The notes under the pieces were generated by a model that was given only the letters and a program-made list of their open reading frames with translations, had not been told where the DNA came from and did not search any database. A stretch of DNA of 64,000 bases from Bilabrum cf. latius (taxonomy: Eukaryota). Shown here piece by piece: positions 12,701 to 26,700 of the stretch (the first letter of the stretch is position 1; each line of letters opens with the position of its first letter). The stretch covers positions 806,001-870,000 of the forward strand of contig OZ237737.1 of the NCBI GenBank assembly GCA_965178125.1, given 5' to 3'. Made by a program: the position numbers and the translations under genes.

Positions 12701-14447
12701 ACGCGGACCCTCCGCCGCGTCGACCACAAGTAGAGCACCGTCGCACAGCCGCAGAGCGGCCGAGACCTGGGCAGCAAAGTCTGCGTGGCCGGGGCAGTCC
12801 AGCAGGGTCAGCCTCATCCTGTCGGTGACGGCATCTGCGTCCGGTGGCAGCGCAGCCTCCGGCACTGTCAGCGGGCTCACCCCTCCGTCCTCTGCCATGG
12901 ACTCCTCCACAGCAGGGGTTGGGTCGGCATCGCCACCGGCGCCCGCACCTGCAGCGGCAGACTGTTCCTCCTGGTCCTCGACCGACGACTCGCCTTGCCG
13001 CAGCTCCGCGAGCGCCTGCTTCGCGCAGGCTTCTTTGGCAGCCCTGAGTGCCTTTCGCTTCCCCTCCCCCTTCGACACCACCACCGCGGACCGCTCGGGA
13101 CCCCCATCGTAGTGCGCCGTGAGGAGCCCGCTCGGGCGCGTGATCAGCACGGCCACGCGCGGCTCCAGCACGTACTCGGCTGCCCAGCCCCTGGCCTTGC
13201 AGTACCGCGCCAGCTGCAGCCTGGCCGTGTCGCCTGGCAGCTGCGGGACGATGCCCCTGCCACTGCCCCTGCTCTTGGGCTTGGCGCCGGCGGCAGGCGG
13301 CAGCGCACCGCGTCGAATAGCTTGGCCCAGGCACACGTACACGCAGGCCGCAGCAGCGCAAGCCCGGGGCCCGCGCGGCCTGAACTCGATCGAGGCGGCG
13401 CCTCGTTTCTTGTACCTCAGCACGGCAGTCAGTCCACTCGTCCCACCGCGAGGGGCGCCTGCTCCCGAGGCAGCCCCGCCGTCCCCGCCACCGCTAGAAG
13501 CCTCGTCTTTGTCACTCTCCGCGAGCGTGGATACGATCCGTGCTGACGCCAGCACCGCACCGAAGTCCAGGCCAGCAGCCTCGTCCTCGCCGCCACCCGC
13601 TGGCGTTGCAGCGCTGAAGAGAAGAGCCAGGCGCTCCTGCCCCTTCTGTCCTGGTCCGAGCTCCAGCAGCGAGATGAGCTCGCTGCGCAGCCACTCGCCG
13701 TCCTTGCGTGCCTCCACGCCACGCAGCGCCATGGCGGCGCGGCCCTCGAGTGCTCCGCCGCCCCCGAAGTGCTTGCCACCGTCGCTGCCCGTGCTCGACG
13801 ATCCGGTGGAAGAGGAAGAATCTGGAGATGATGGACGATCCTCGGACATTGACGCTTCTGTCGCTACGCGCGCTCGGTGGCGCCGTTTCTTGCGCTTCTG
13901 AGACTTGGAAGACACGGACGAGCCGGTGTCGGACGATCCTTCCGCGCACTTCGGCTCCGCACCGCCGTTCGTCTCGACACCTCGTTGCAATACTTTGAAT
14001 ACCGCCTTTACCTCGCTGGATAGAGCGCCATCCGAGTCGCATTGCAAGGCGGCTGCCGGCGCTGGTGCGGCACGTCTGGTCGTGACGTCGCCACCACGCT
14101 GGTCGATGTAGGCAATTGGTGGCAGGCCCTCATACTCTAGGGTCACGCCTGTCGCACTGATAGTAATGCCACGTTCCTTCTCTTGCGCATCAGTATCGAG
14201 TGAGCGCTTGGTACCGCTCCCAGTCTTGGACTGCAGCCCCGCTCCGGATAGGAGGGCGTCTGATAGCGTTGTTTTGCCGTGGTCCACGTGAGCGATCACG
14301 GCAACATTTCTTGTAATGAGTCTGTCATCATTGCTGAAGACAGATTGCTCAGCTGAGCTTGGGGTACGCTCACTGAGGCGTGTTGATGCAGTTGAGACCA
14401 CTGTAGCGACAGGACTAACTGGACTAACTGTCCGCCTCGCCTTCCAT
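9800..14447 (-). CDS. Divergent eEF2/EF-G family translational GTPase with a large insertion in the G domain
   Basis: G1 AHVDHGKTT, G2 EKERGITI, G3 DCPGHADF, G4 NKADR; domain III AGAGELHLDVC; EKSPNGHNK; ARRVWALGP; domain IV LHGDSTHRGPSQ. ORFs 12503-14401 and 9860-12442 share a frame and are separated by TAG 12503. After TAG 9860 the frame ends at TGA 9800. The start is tentative (ATG 14447 needs an intron of about 40 nt), and a 3' intron at gtgagt 9856 is possible. Confidence 0.85.
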
Positions 14448-14861
14448 GGCGAGGGGGATCAGTTGCAGAAACTCTAGTAGCTGAAGGCCTGACTTGCTTG
14501 CTTTGCCCTGAAGCTGGTGCGAGACCAGCCAAAGAACGAAGTTAATTGTGACTGAATGCTTCGGTTGATTTCCAAGGATCGGATCAAGGATTTTCAAACC
14601 GGAACACGATATTTCCAGGAATCCTCTCCACGGAAGACTCTGTGACGTGAGCAAGACTGCCAAAAAGACGCAGCTTCTTACAAGAGCGCGCGCGAAGTGG
14701 AAAGTAATCGCATGAAACCCCTTCGAGCAAGAACCGTTCCAAAGTTCCACGTGGTACTAGCAACCCATTGCACTGCTGCTTGCCGGCGCAACCAGGGCCG
14801 CAAGAGATCCGGATGACCCTACCGGCTCGCCACTACATTAACTGCCCGCAACTGCAATTCA

Positions 14862-17100
14862 TCAGCGGTACGTGGTGGGAGCCCCCAGCCCAGCAGGAGC
14901 TGCCTGAGGGTACTGCGGCACGGGTTTGCCCTTGGCCGGCCCTCCCGCACCTGCATCGCTGTATGGAGGATGTCCCGCCCCTCCGCGCGGGGCAGCTGCT
15001 CCGGGCCCGACTTGGTTGCCGCCCGCGAATCGACCGTACCCTGCGCTCTCGATCAGCGCAGGGTGAACCCCATAGAAGGTTCGGAAGAACTCGCCGAACT
15101 CCTGGGGATGGTTCGCCAGCAGCGCCTCGGGGTCCTGCGCGAAGAGCACGAACACCGTCTTGACCCCCGCTTCCACGGCCCCTGACACGAGCACGCTGAG
15201 GAACAGCCCCGTGAAGAAGGCGAGCACAGCGGCGAGGATGGTCATTGTTGTCCGGGTGTCCTTGCTTGCCTCGGCCGTGATGAGGAAGCCCACGCCGGCC
15301 CCTCCCACCGCGCTGATGCTTGCCACCACAAAGCAGCCCAAGGAGAGCGCCCGGTCGATGACGATGTCGTTTAGGAGTGCGTCCCAGCCGCGCCGCTGGA
15401 AGAGGTCCATGACGCTCTTGCCCGACTCCAGGAAAGGCTTGTTGTAGACGGCCACGAACACGTAGGCGTAGGAATTGATGTACTTGATCACGTCGCGAAG
15501 GATGTTCACGAGGCACTGCGGGCGCGGAGGACGTGGCGAAAGCATGTACTCATCCATACATGTGCACGAACGATTCGGGCGAGTACACGTCACACAGAGA
15601 GACTCGACCGTGGAGCCAACAACATAACGAGTTCCACATCCAGGAAAGCGTGCGGTGACCAGAATCACCCATGTGCGTATTATGCTCTCACCTCGGCCAG
15701 GCAAAGCAGACAGGCCTCGCAGAAGTTGCCCTCCCGCTGCTGCCTCCTCCTTGCATTCCTCAGTACAGCGGACAGGGCCTCCAAAAAGGCAACGAGGAAC
15801 GAACCGAAGGCGATGCTGCCCAGGGACTTGCTCCAGCTGTTGCACACGGCCTGCCACGCGGGCGAATCCACGCTCTTGGAGCTCCCGTCCTGGTCGTTCG
15901 TGAACCACCAGTGGCCGATGGTGCCCGACACGGTGGTTGCGACGGTGTTCTTGACGGTCTGCGGAGGCCGGGAGGCGAGGGGGGAAGGGGGTTCCAAGTG
16001 GTAGAAACAAGCAAGACTACAGAAGCAGGAGTAGCGCTCGAATTGAGAAGCATCGCGCCGAGACACACGCCAAATCCAAAAGGTCGGTCGGATGTTCATG
16101 CGATTGTATCGAACCAAGACACCCCCTCAGGCTCACCATGGATCCCCAGTATAGGGACAGGAGAAGCACGAAGCCGACTATTCCGGTCACTGCGGAAAAG
16201 CCAGTGTTGTCCCCGTCCGGATTCCCGTCGTCGTCCACAGCCAGGTCCCTGCTTGCAGGCATCGTGTAAAGGATGCGATCTCCCGACGCAGATCTCGCCG
16301 GGCTCTCCTGCTCGTTCTGCGCGCTGTCAGTGCCGCTCCCGGACTGGTTCACCGTGACCATCACGCCCACCACGGCGAGCACCCAGAGCGTCACCCAGGC
16401 GGCGTTGATGAATATCGAGGCAAAGGCGTACACGATGGAGCCCCAGTAGGTCTTCAGCACGTTTGCCGCCAGCGAGAGGGTGGCGGCAGCGAATGGGATG
16501 CGGTCGCGGATGCTGCACCAAAACCACACTGACAATAGCGCCAACAAGATGAAAATGATGGAGCCAAACGGCACCATAAACGCCATAACGATTGCACATG
16601 CGATGTTAACTGCTATTGATGTCCATACCACGCAGGTCAGAAGCGCTCCCGCGCATGTCGCCACGAAACTGAGCCACACGGCAGACGCGATCATGCCAAG
16701 GACAATGGCCGCACCGAGTGCGCTCATGAGCTCGGCCGTGTCGATCGCATTGTCACTGCGAGCTTCTTTAGTACTGCCTTCACCCGCGACCAGCTCAGCC
16801 TCTCTGTTGAGCAGCGGTACGCCGAGCCCTAGCCCGAGACCAACGATTGCCAATGCATGGATCCAGAACAGGGTGGCGCATACCATGTCCTGGCATTGAA
16901 ATGTCTGTGCAATAAGATCAAAACGATACAGGATGATAGCAATCATGCCTAATCCTGCGGTGATGATGTGCGCTTTTCCGTGAAATCACCCCAGCTCTTA
17001 CGTTTAACCTAGGGGCATTGGGTGCCGTCTTTGGATCAGTTCGAGGGGTCTACGCAACCAATTGATCTTGATCATAGTAACCCTGACCACTGTATGCCAT
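14862..17100 (-). CDS. Choline transporter-like (CTL/SLC44, PNS1-like) multi-pass membrane protein
   Basis: Motifs RIPFAAATL, TVSGTIGHWWF, SLGSIAFGSFLVA and KYINSYAYVFVAVYNKPFLES. GT-AG introns at 16905-17001, 15959-16136 and 15516-15691. ATG 17100, in-frame TAG at 17050 in exon 1, stop TGA 14862-14864. Confidence 0.9.
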
Positions 17101-17706
17101 GATGAACGGATTTAAATGCTAATCTTGTGGGTGGAAGAGGCAGGGGATCCAAAATTCTTTTGTGGGTGTAGTAGAACTTTGGTGAACGTTCTTTTGGTGC
17201 CAGTGGTTGCGACCATTCGCAGCGACCTGCGACAATAAATTGTGGATTGTCGATCCAATGTTCAGGTTGTAATAATCGCAGTCTTAGGGTCATTGGTTTG
17301 GTCCCTGGTTCGTTTAGCGATACAATCACTTAATTTGTGCTGGCGTTCACGAACGGAGGGCGTGAGAGTCGTGAATACACATTTGATGGGCAGAAAATTG
17401 TCTCAAGAAGTCAAGGCTGCCTTCGGTTCGGTCATCGATGTGTTTGCATCAACTCCCATGTCCAATCTGTCCGACACTTAACACTCTGCCCGTAAGAGCG
17501 ATAATCTATTGCCTTCCTTCAATAACTACCGCAGGCCATGGCCGGATACGGGTCAACTACTGTCATGTGGGCGTGTCTTGTGGCCCTGCTATCAAGTCAC
17601 GTTGATGCTAACTGCTCCGGTACTCGTCGGTATTATATCCAAGCTAGTGGTGCTATTACGTAAGATTCAACCCAGACCAAGTCCGTTTCGTTGGCCGAGG
17701 TTCCCA

Positions 17707-20700
17707 ATGGTTGCTTGCGCATCAAGGGTTACTACTGATGTTATGCGCGTTCGCGGTTTGCGCTTGCTACCTTGTACGTGCAGGCTAACGGATGGATCAG
17801 GATCAAGGAACTACGTGAGTCCATGCACAATGTGACTTTTTGTTTCGGCCTGTCCGACTTTACGATAGCCACTAGGGCGGTTGGTACCCAAGTCGAACGC
17901 GTGCACCGGGCTTTGCCTCTGCTGGACTAAATAATTAACCCCTCTAATTCAGCCTTAGCCATGACGCAGCAAAATCGAGAGAATTGCTATTGGTACGTTT
18001 ACAGTCCTTCTTATGCCTACACTGTGAGACGTCAATGCTGGCTTGCCGTGCTGTTATAGTGTGCCACTCAACTCAGTCTGTAGTCAGCGCCCTAGCATGC
18101 TATGTTGTGTCTTCGCCCCGTGTGCGCAGTGGTACCGATTTACGTACTTTGACCTGGAATCTGATAGCGGCTGCGACTCGGTGAGAAACTCTATTGCAGA
18201 CGGGACAAGCAGTGGGCAGAACCATGCTTGGCTGCTTCTATTTTGCATCCGTCCCCATCCCACGAATTCTATCCCCTTTTTGCAGTGGGACTGGGTTCGT
18301 GTGCACACAACGAGTTGGGGTGGAAGGTTTTGTGGGCGTGGGACCAGCCGCAGTCCCGGGAGCGGGAGCTACTCAAGCTACGTAAGAGCCACGATGGTGA
18401 CCCTGAGGCCTCGACAATCGATGCATTTCCCAAACACAGCAGCGCTTCGAGCCTCGTACCGCATTCCGCTCGCAGTACGGGAGCACCTTTGGTATCAACT
18501 TTAAGACCGACGGGTCTGTCACGTACCAGGGCTGGACCGCGTACATTTACTGGAACTGCCCCTCAGGCAGGTGAGCCTGCTTGGGTGGATGCTGTCTCTG
18601 TTGGTAGCCGTGCAGTCAATGCATCTGAGTGCCATGCCTACAACTCTAATTTCCGCTCAAAGCACGCCGCAGGTACCACCACTACAACGCAAACCAATGC
18701 CGCACCTGCGGCGTGGGCCACTACCGGAGCGGCTGGTCCAGGGCCCGTGCGTGCACCCGCTGCAGCACGGGGTATTACCAGCCGAGCAACAGCCAGAGCA
18801 GTTGTCGGGTCAGTGGTAGGGGCTACTACGTCAGCTCAACTGGATCTCGATACAGGTACGCATGTCCTGCGGGTCGCTATGGCTCTTCCAACGTGCAGCG
18901 GGCGTGGACGTGCACAGGCACCTGCGCGCCCGGCTACTACTGTCCGTCAGCGTCCACCACCAATCGACCTTCCGGAAGGCAGTGCGCCGCAGGGAGGTAC
19001 GGTACAGGCGGAAGCAGCTCCTCGTCCTGCACTGGAGCCGTGTCCCGGGGGTACTGCAGCAACGCAGGTGCGACGTCCTCCACCGGGCACGCTCGGTGCG
19101 GGCCAGGCAGGTACTGCACTGGCGGAAACTCCTGTAGCGCGCAGCGAACTGCCTCCCGCGGCTACTACGCCAGTCCGGACACCTCAAGCACCACGCCACG
19201 TACAGGACAGACCCAGTGCCCCGCTGGTCATTACTGCTCCAATGGCATCCGGTACAAGTGTCCTGCAGGCAGGTACCGCTCCAGCAGGGGCGGGTACTAT
19301 TCATCTCAATGCTCGGGCTAGGTGAGTTTTGTTGGGAGAGTGTTTATGTTGCTCTTTATGTGAAACAGGCAGCTACTTTCAAAGTATGCTTGGTCTTTTG
19401 TAGACCGCATTGGAACTTCTTGCCAAGCCGCTCTTGGACGTCTCTTCTTCCGTCCCTTCGCCTGCAACCCCCCTCGCAGTGCGCCGCCGGGTGCTACTGT
19501 CCCGCCGGCTCCACCTCAAGCTGTCCCAACCTTTGCGGATCGGCGGCGTACTACTGTCCCGCTGGTAGCGGATCGCGCATCATCGTCCCCACAGGGTACT
19601 ACAGCTGCATCCCCGGGCAGGAGCCAACCGCATCAACGGCAGCACGCAGAAGCCACAGGTGCTCGTGTCCTGCGGGCCACCGCTGCCAGAACGGCATCAA
19701 GGAAGCATCGCTCCGCTGGACAGACAACGTCTGCAAGCCTGACGGCACCGGGGAGGCCAACATCGACGAGAACGTCAGGAGTGCCACCGCAGCAACCGTC
19801 GCTACCTCGGGCGTCAGCGGCGGCTCCTACCGGGTCAAGTCCCAGACCAAGTTTGCTACTGCCAGCGGATGCTCCCAGTCTGCTCCTTTCGAGGTGACGA
19901 GCGGGGGCGTGGTGCGGCTCAAGTCGGCTCTGACTGGGGGACTCTCTGCGGAATAGTGCACGGGGTACGACATCGTGGTGTCCTACCGTTTCGCTGGGAC
20001 GGACTTCGACTGCGACATTGAAGTGACCGTCAACGACATCAACGAGGGTCCGTCCTTCGGATCTTCGTCGTATGTGCGTGAGGTTGAGGAGGACAAGCCC
20101 GAGGACACAGCGGTCGGGCAGGCGCTTTCTGCGTCTGATCCCGACCGTGGCCAGGAGCTCACCTTCTCGATCGTCAGCGGCAACTCCGGCAACAGCTTCC
20201 GCATCGGTACCTGTTCCGGGCAGATCTACACGACAAAGCCACTCGATTACGACACCGGCACAAGGTCTTTTTCTCTTCGAGTACGTGTCACGGACAGTGG
20301 AGACCCGGCTCGCCACGCAGAAGTCCCCGTGACGGTGCGCGTGACCAACCGCAACGAGCCCCCGATCTTCCCTACTTCAGGCGACTACTCATTCCAGGTC
20401 GCAGAGTCTACTGCTGTTGGTGGAGGCGTGTCTCCGACCAGCGCTGGGGCCACGGACCCGGATGGTGATACTCTGACGTACTCGATTTTGAACGAGGACA
20501 AAGGAGCTCTCAGCATCAACTCGCGCACCGGTGTGATCACAATCGCCAAGCCGCAGCATTTCAACTTCGAGGAGGTGGCCCAGCAGGTGCGCTTCTTCCG
20601 CATCAAGGCGTGCGATGCCGAGTTCTGTGCAGAGCAGCAGTGCACGATGGAAACCCTCAACCGGAACGACGCCCCTTCAATCTCAGCAAGCCAGACCTTC

Positions 20701-23700
20701 TTCATTTCTGAGGATGCATCGACTAGTGCCGAGGTGGGCACGGTGTTGACAGACGACGAAGACGGAGGGTAGATTGCTTCTTTTGCCATCACAGCCGGTA
20801 ACGCGGGTAACGTCTTCTCGATTTCTAGCTCTGGAGTTATCACAGTTGCGGCTGGCCTTGACTACGAGACCAGATCCTCTTACACCCTCACTATCCGGGC
20901 AACGGATGGTGGGATCACTGGTGACACAACTGCGAAGTCTGGCACAGGCTCCATTACTGTGACCGTGGAGAACGCCCCCGAGACGCCGTCCCTTGGCGAT
21001 CTTACGGATACGATCCCGGAGAACGATGCTGACGCCGAGATCTCCCCTGCCATGAGCACTGTTCTGTCTGACCCAGACGGACTGACTGGTCAGACTTACT
21101 TCTACACGATTGTGGGTGGTAATGGCGTTGGACTATTTACTCTGAATGCAGCCACTGGCGTCCTGTCTATCACAGAGGCTCTGGACTACGAGGAAGCTAC
21201 TCAGCACGTCCTAACCATCAGCGTAACGGATGGTGCTGGGCTCACGGACTCAGGCACGTACACCATTAATGTGCAGGACAGGCCAGAACCCCCTGTCATG
21301 GCCCGCGGCTAGGTCTTTGCCGTGGAGGAAAACTCCCGCTCGTCAGACGGAGACTTGGGGCAGGTCAATGTCACTGATGTTGATTCAACCTCGTCGCAGC
21401 TGAGCTTCTCGTTGCTTACCAGTGCCGGTTCGGACAAATTCACGATTACAGAGAGGGGTGTGCTCAAGTTGGCCAGCACTTTCAGCCCCGACTTCGAGCA
21501 GACGTCTTCGTATACGCTCACGATCAAGGTGGAGGACGACTCGTAGCTCACGGATCAGGCGACTGTTGAAGTGGCCATCTCCAACGTGAATGAGAAACCC
21601 AACATTGAAGCGCAGACGAGGTCTGTCAGTGAGATTAATGGTGCTGGAACAGCCGTGGGATCGGTTCTCGTGTTTTCGGATCCAGAAGGCGATAGCGTGG
21701 AGTGGAGCTGGGACTACAGTGGCTCTCTGTTTGCACTTGGTGATAACGGACAGATCACTCTCCGGCAGCAGCCATCCCAGCCTGGAACATTTACGCCGAC
21801 AGTGACAGTGAAGGACGGTGGCAACCTTCAGGATTCTGCTCGAATCACCATCAACGTGGTAGACGCTAACTATGCCCCCGAATGCGAGCTCGCTACGTAC
21901 ACTATCAACGAGAACTCAGCTGTAGGAACCTCGCTGTCGCCCAGCACCGGCATGAGCGGGTCAGACCGCGACACAGACGACACACTGCGGTGGTCTCTCA
22001 TCAACGACAACATCGACGGAGCCTTCCAGATCTCGTCCACATCTGGCAAGATCACGGTGGCAAAGGCCATCCTGGACCACGAGACCAGGCCTCAGTTCAA
22101 CATCACCGTGCAGGTACAGGACGACGGGGCTGGGCGCCTCACCGGCACGTGCTTCGCCGTGATCTCGATCAATGACGTGAACGAGGCACCCACGCTGCCA
22201 ACGCTCGGCTCCATGGAGGTCCGCGAGGATGCCGCCGAGGACTTCAACATGGGCCAGGTACAGGCCGAGGATGTGGATGACGGCGATGCCCTGACCTACT
22301 CGATCACCGCAGGTGACACGGCAGGCGCGTTCAGCATCGATTCGAGCAGTGGCAACGTGACTCGCAACGCCATACCAGACGCACTGAACCACGAAGACAA
22401 GGCCTCTTATAGGCTGACCGTCAAGGTCACTGATCGGGATGGACTCTCTGCATCGGCCCCCCTGACTGTGCTGGTTACGAACGCCAACGACCGTCCCTAT
22501 GGTAAGGACGTATTTGCCAGCGCTGATGAGGGTAAGACAGGCGCGCAGATTGCCGTTACGGCCAGCAATGACGAAGACACAGGCCAGACGCATACCTACG
22601 CGCTGTCCCGCGTGGATCATTTCTGCTGGGCCCACACCGTGACATCGTCGGACGTGAACACCCTTATTGGCATCCGTGGAGCCTAGCTGCCTGATGCTGC
22701 CACCCAAGCCGAGGTATCGGTCCTCTTCCGGCTGGCATCCAGGGGACAATCCACTCTGGCAATCCGAGTGGGTGGATCGGGCTCCAGTGCAGCCGCAAGG
22801 TACGAGTTCGAGGTGGGCTGTGGGTCCAGCCGCAATCAACTGTGCCTTCGCAGGTGCGAGGCCTCGGGCACATGCACGTCCATCGCATCGCGAGCCATCA
22901 GTGCTACCTCAGTGGCGGCTCGTGACATCGTGACTGGTGAGACGGGTGCCACTGGTAGACTGGCCAACCTTTGCGCCGTTGTGAACCGCAACACTGGCGC
23001 GATGTCGCTACGGCATCGAGCAGATAATGAGCCCGGGACAGCGTGCTCCACGACCCTTGTGTCCGGAACTGATAGCTCTACCAGCAAGCTCGACGTGCGC
23101 GAGGTGGTGATGCGGTCTGCATTTGCAGACACCCGATTCACGAGCGTGTGCTTTGAGCCATCCAGCAGCACGCTCACTCCGGAGGACCGTATCTCTCTCG
23201 TGGGGTCCAGCGGTGGTGTGTCCATGGCAATTGCTGCGGACTACGAGCAGCAGCAGTTCCTCGGCTTCGAGTTCAAGACCACGGATCAGTCTCGAGGCAC
23301 TTTGTCCCCCGTGCCCCTCAGTGACTATGGTGTGGTGGCTCTGTCGTTCCAGGACGTTAACGAGGCACCGACTTGGAGCCAGTCGCTGACCTGCAGCAAT
23401 GGTGCCAGCGGGTACGTGGCTTGCCTGTCAGTCAGGGAGAACTCGATTGGTAACACTCTGGTCGGAACGGTGGCCGCCGCTGTAGATCCCGACACGCTCG
23501 CATCGCAGACGCTGACCTACGAGCTGACCTCAGCCAACAACCTGGCGGGCTCGGCGCTCCTGTTCGAGATTGGATCATCGGATCGCAAGCTCATCATTAA
23601 GACCCCTGGGTATCTAAATTACGAGAGCCAGCGCGAGTACACCCTGACGATCATCGCCCGCGACAACGGCTCGCCCAGGCTAAGTGCCACCCGACAGGTA

Positions 23701-26700
23701 CTGGTGCAGCTGGAGGACGTGAACGAGGCGCCGGTGGTGACCAAGGACCAAGTGCGCTACATCGATGAGAACAGCGGCACAGGCACGACTATTGGGCTCG
23801 GGCTGGAAGCAGCCGATCAGGATTCGTCCGCCCATCCTTCGGGCTGGGGCACCCTTTCGTATGAACTCGAGGGCGTGGATGGGTATCCGAACGGGACCCA
23901 GCTGTTCTCCGTGGATAACTCATCGGGGGTTCTGCGCGTGGAGAAGGACGGCTGGCTGGACTACGAGTTCAAGACCAAGTACGTGGTCTAGCTCAAGGTA
24001 TCGGATGGCGGTGGTCTGTCTGACACGGAGGAGGTGACGATCAACGTGAACGACGTGAACGAGCCTCCTCAGGTGAAGGACCAGATGCGTGAGGTCCGCG
24101 AGGACGCTGTGTTCCCCAACGCCGTCGGTGCAGAGATCCCGGCCTATGACCCTGATTTCGGGCAGGATTTGATCTTCCGGATCGTGAGTGGTACGGGGCA
24201 GGGGCTCTTCACAATCAACAGGTGCAGTGGACAGATCCAGGTTGGGTTCGGCAAGACGCTTGACTACGAGACCACGCAGCAATACAACGTGATCATCGAG
24301 GTTTGCGACACTGGCGTTCCGACCTTGTGCACTCGCGCCAACATTACGATCAACGTGCTGGACGTGAACGACAAGCCCGAGCTGTCCGATGCCTCCGTTG
24401 AGGTGGTCGAGAACGCGGCTGTGGGCACTCTAGTGGGCACCGCGATTACTGGCACCGACGAGGATGTGTTCGGGAAGACGCACGGCGGCTGGTACAACCT
24501 CACCTACAGCATCACGGCAGGCAACACCGCGAACATCTTCCGGATCGAGCCGCTGACGGGCCAGATCGTTGTGGCAAGGGGTGATCGCGGGCTGCTCAAC
24601 TTCGAGAACAGGGATGCTAACCGCTTCGAGCTCATCGTCAGGGTCAGTGACCAGGGCGGCCGGGGTGAGCCTGCGTTGCATGCCGAGTCAACCGTTGATG
24701 TGACGGTGACGAACATCAACGAGCCCCCGATCGCCAACCCACAGACTCTCAGCATTGCCGAAAACGCTCCTCGGTCTCCCAGAACCAGCGGGGAGCAGGT
24801 GGGCGAGGCGCTCAAGGCCATAGACGAAGATTCAGGTGAAGAGGGCAAGGTTATTTGGAGCGTTGTTTCCGGCGATGGGTCCAACTTCTTCACGCTTTTG
24901 GCCGAAGGAGAGACCGATGCGACCCTGACGCTGACTGCGTTGGGTGCCGCGGGACTTGACTACGAGACCAAGCCGAGGTACGTGCTCCTTCTCCGCGCCA
25001 GTGACAAAGGCACTCCTGCCCTCAGCACGCTGGTGAACGTGACTATCCAGCTGCTAGACACGAACGAGAAGCCAAAGATTGCCGAGTCGCAGGAGTTCTC
25101 CGTCGGTGAGCTGGCTGCCCTGGGCGAGCGGGTGGCGACGGGCGTGGTGAATGCCACAGACCCCGAGGACGGCACCACGGAGGACGGCAATTTGCAGTGG
25201 TCCATCATCGCTGGCAACAATGAAGGTGCGTTCGCGATCGACACTGAGGGCAAGATCTACGTGGCAGACCCCAGTAAGCTGAACCACGAGGCCAAGGACT
25301 CTATCACTCTGGAGCTGCGCGCAAGGGACTCTGGCAACACAGCCGACGGCTCAGAGGCTCGCTTGACCGATTAGCAGACCGTGGATGTGTTGGTCCTTGA
25401 CGAGAACGAGCCCGGGTACTGCTTCGATGCCTCCTTCGCAGTGCTGGAGAACAGCGCCGTGGGGACTGCCGTTGGTGAGATGCGCTCTGAGGACCCTGAC
25501 GAGGAGGACGAGCATACTTGGAGCATTGCCGCTCAGCCTGCGACCGACAGTGGAGATGCTACTCCATTCGCCATTGGAGCCAGCTCTGGTCAGATTGAGG
25601 TTAACACGCGTGCTCTTGACTTGGAGACCCGAGGGGAGTATGTAGTCACCTTGAACGTCACCGACAAGGGCGGCCTTGTTGGACAGTGCGAGGCCACCAT
25701 CAAGCTGCTCAACCGGAATGAGCAGCCGCAGGTGCTGCCTGTCGCTCGTTTGTACGTCCCCGCCAAGACCACCGCGTCTGTGGGCCCTCCTCTCTCCCAG
25801 GAGTACCTCAGGGACCAGGACCTCATGGCACCGGGCATCACCGAGAGCCACACGTGGGCCATCGCTGCTGGCAACACGGACAACACCTTCTAGATCGACG
25901 TCAGCAGCGGGCAGATCTCCGTTAAGGATAACTCGACTAACGCACTGATCTATCCGACTGGTGGCCCAGGCCCCGTGCACAGGCTCAACGTAACAGTCAC
26001 TGATGCTGGTATTGACGGTCCTAAGCTCAGTTTCACTGCCATCGTGGTGATTGAGGTGGTCGACAGAAACTTCCCACCCAGCATCACGGGACCCTTCGCA
26101 TTTTCCCTCGCGGAGAACACGGCCGTAGGTACGCCGGTCGGCATCGTCATGGGCGCAGATGCTGATGGCAGCGAGGGCCAGAAGCTTACGTACTCGCTTC
26201 GCCCGGGTGGGCCCAACGTCAACAGGCCGTTCCCCTTCGAGATCGAGACCGTTGAAGGTGCTGGCCCGGATGGTGTGGGTACAGCTCGCATCAAGGTGGC
26301 TGCAGCCGAGGGCGGCGTTAACTTTGAAGGCCCCCGAGTGGGTCTCTTTAACCGGTATGAGGCCATCGTGACCGCAGTGGACGACCACCCAGATTCCCCG
26401 CTGTCAGCCTCTCGCACGGTGATCATCACAGTGACCGAGGTCCAGGAGGCGCCTGTGTTCCCCAGCGGATAGACGAGCGCCGATGAGTACGTGCTTCGAG
26501 TCGTGGAGGGCGAGGCAGTGGGCACGATCCTGAGGGGCTCCGAGGATGGCGCGCTACGTGCGTCTGATGAGGATTTGGCAGACGGATTCGGTGACAGCCT
26601 GGTCTATTCGTGGACCGGCGCGGGTGCATCTGCCGCTGCCTCGATGCTTTCGTTCCAGCCCTCAAGCACGAACATCGACAGTGTTGCACTCGCCTCTGTG

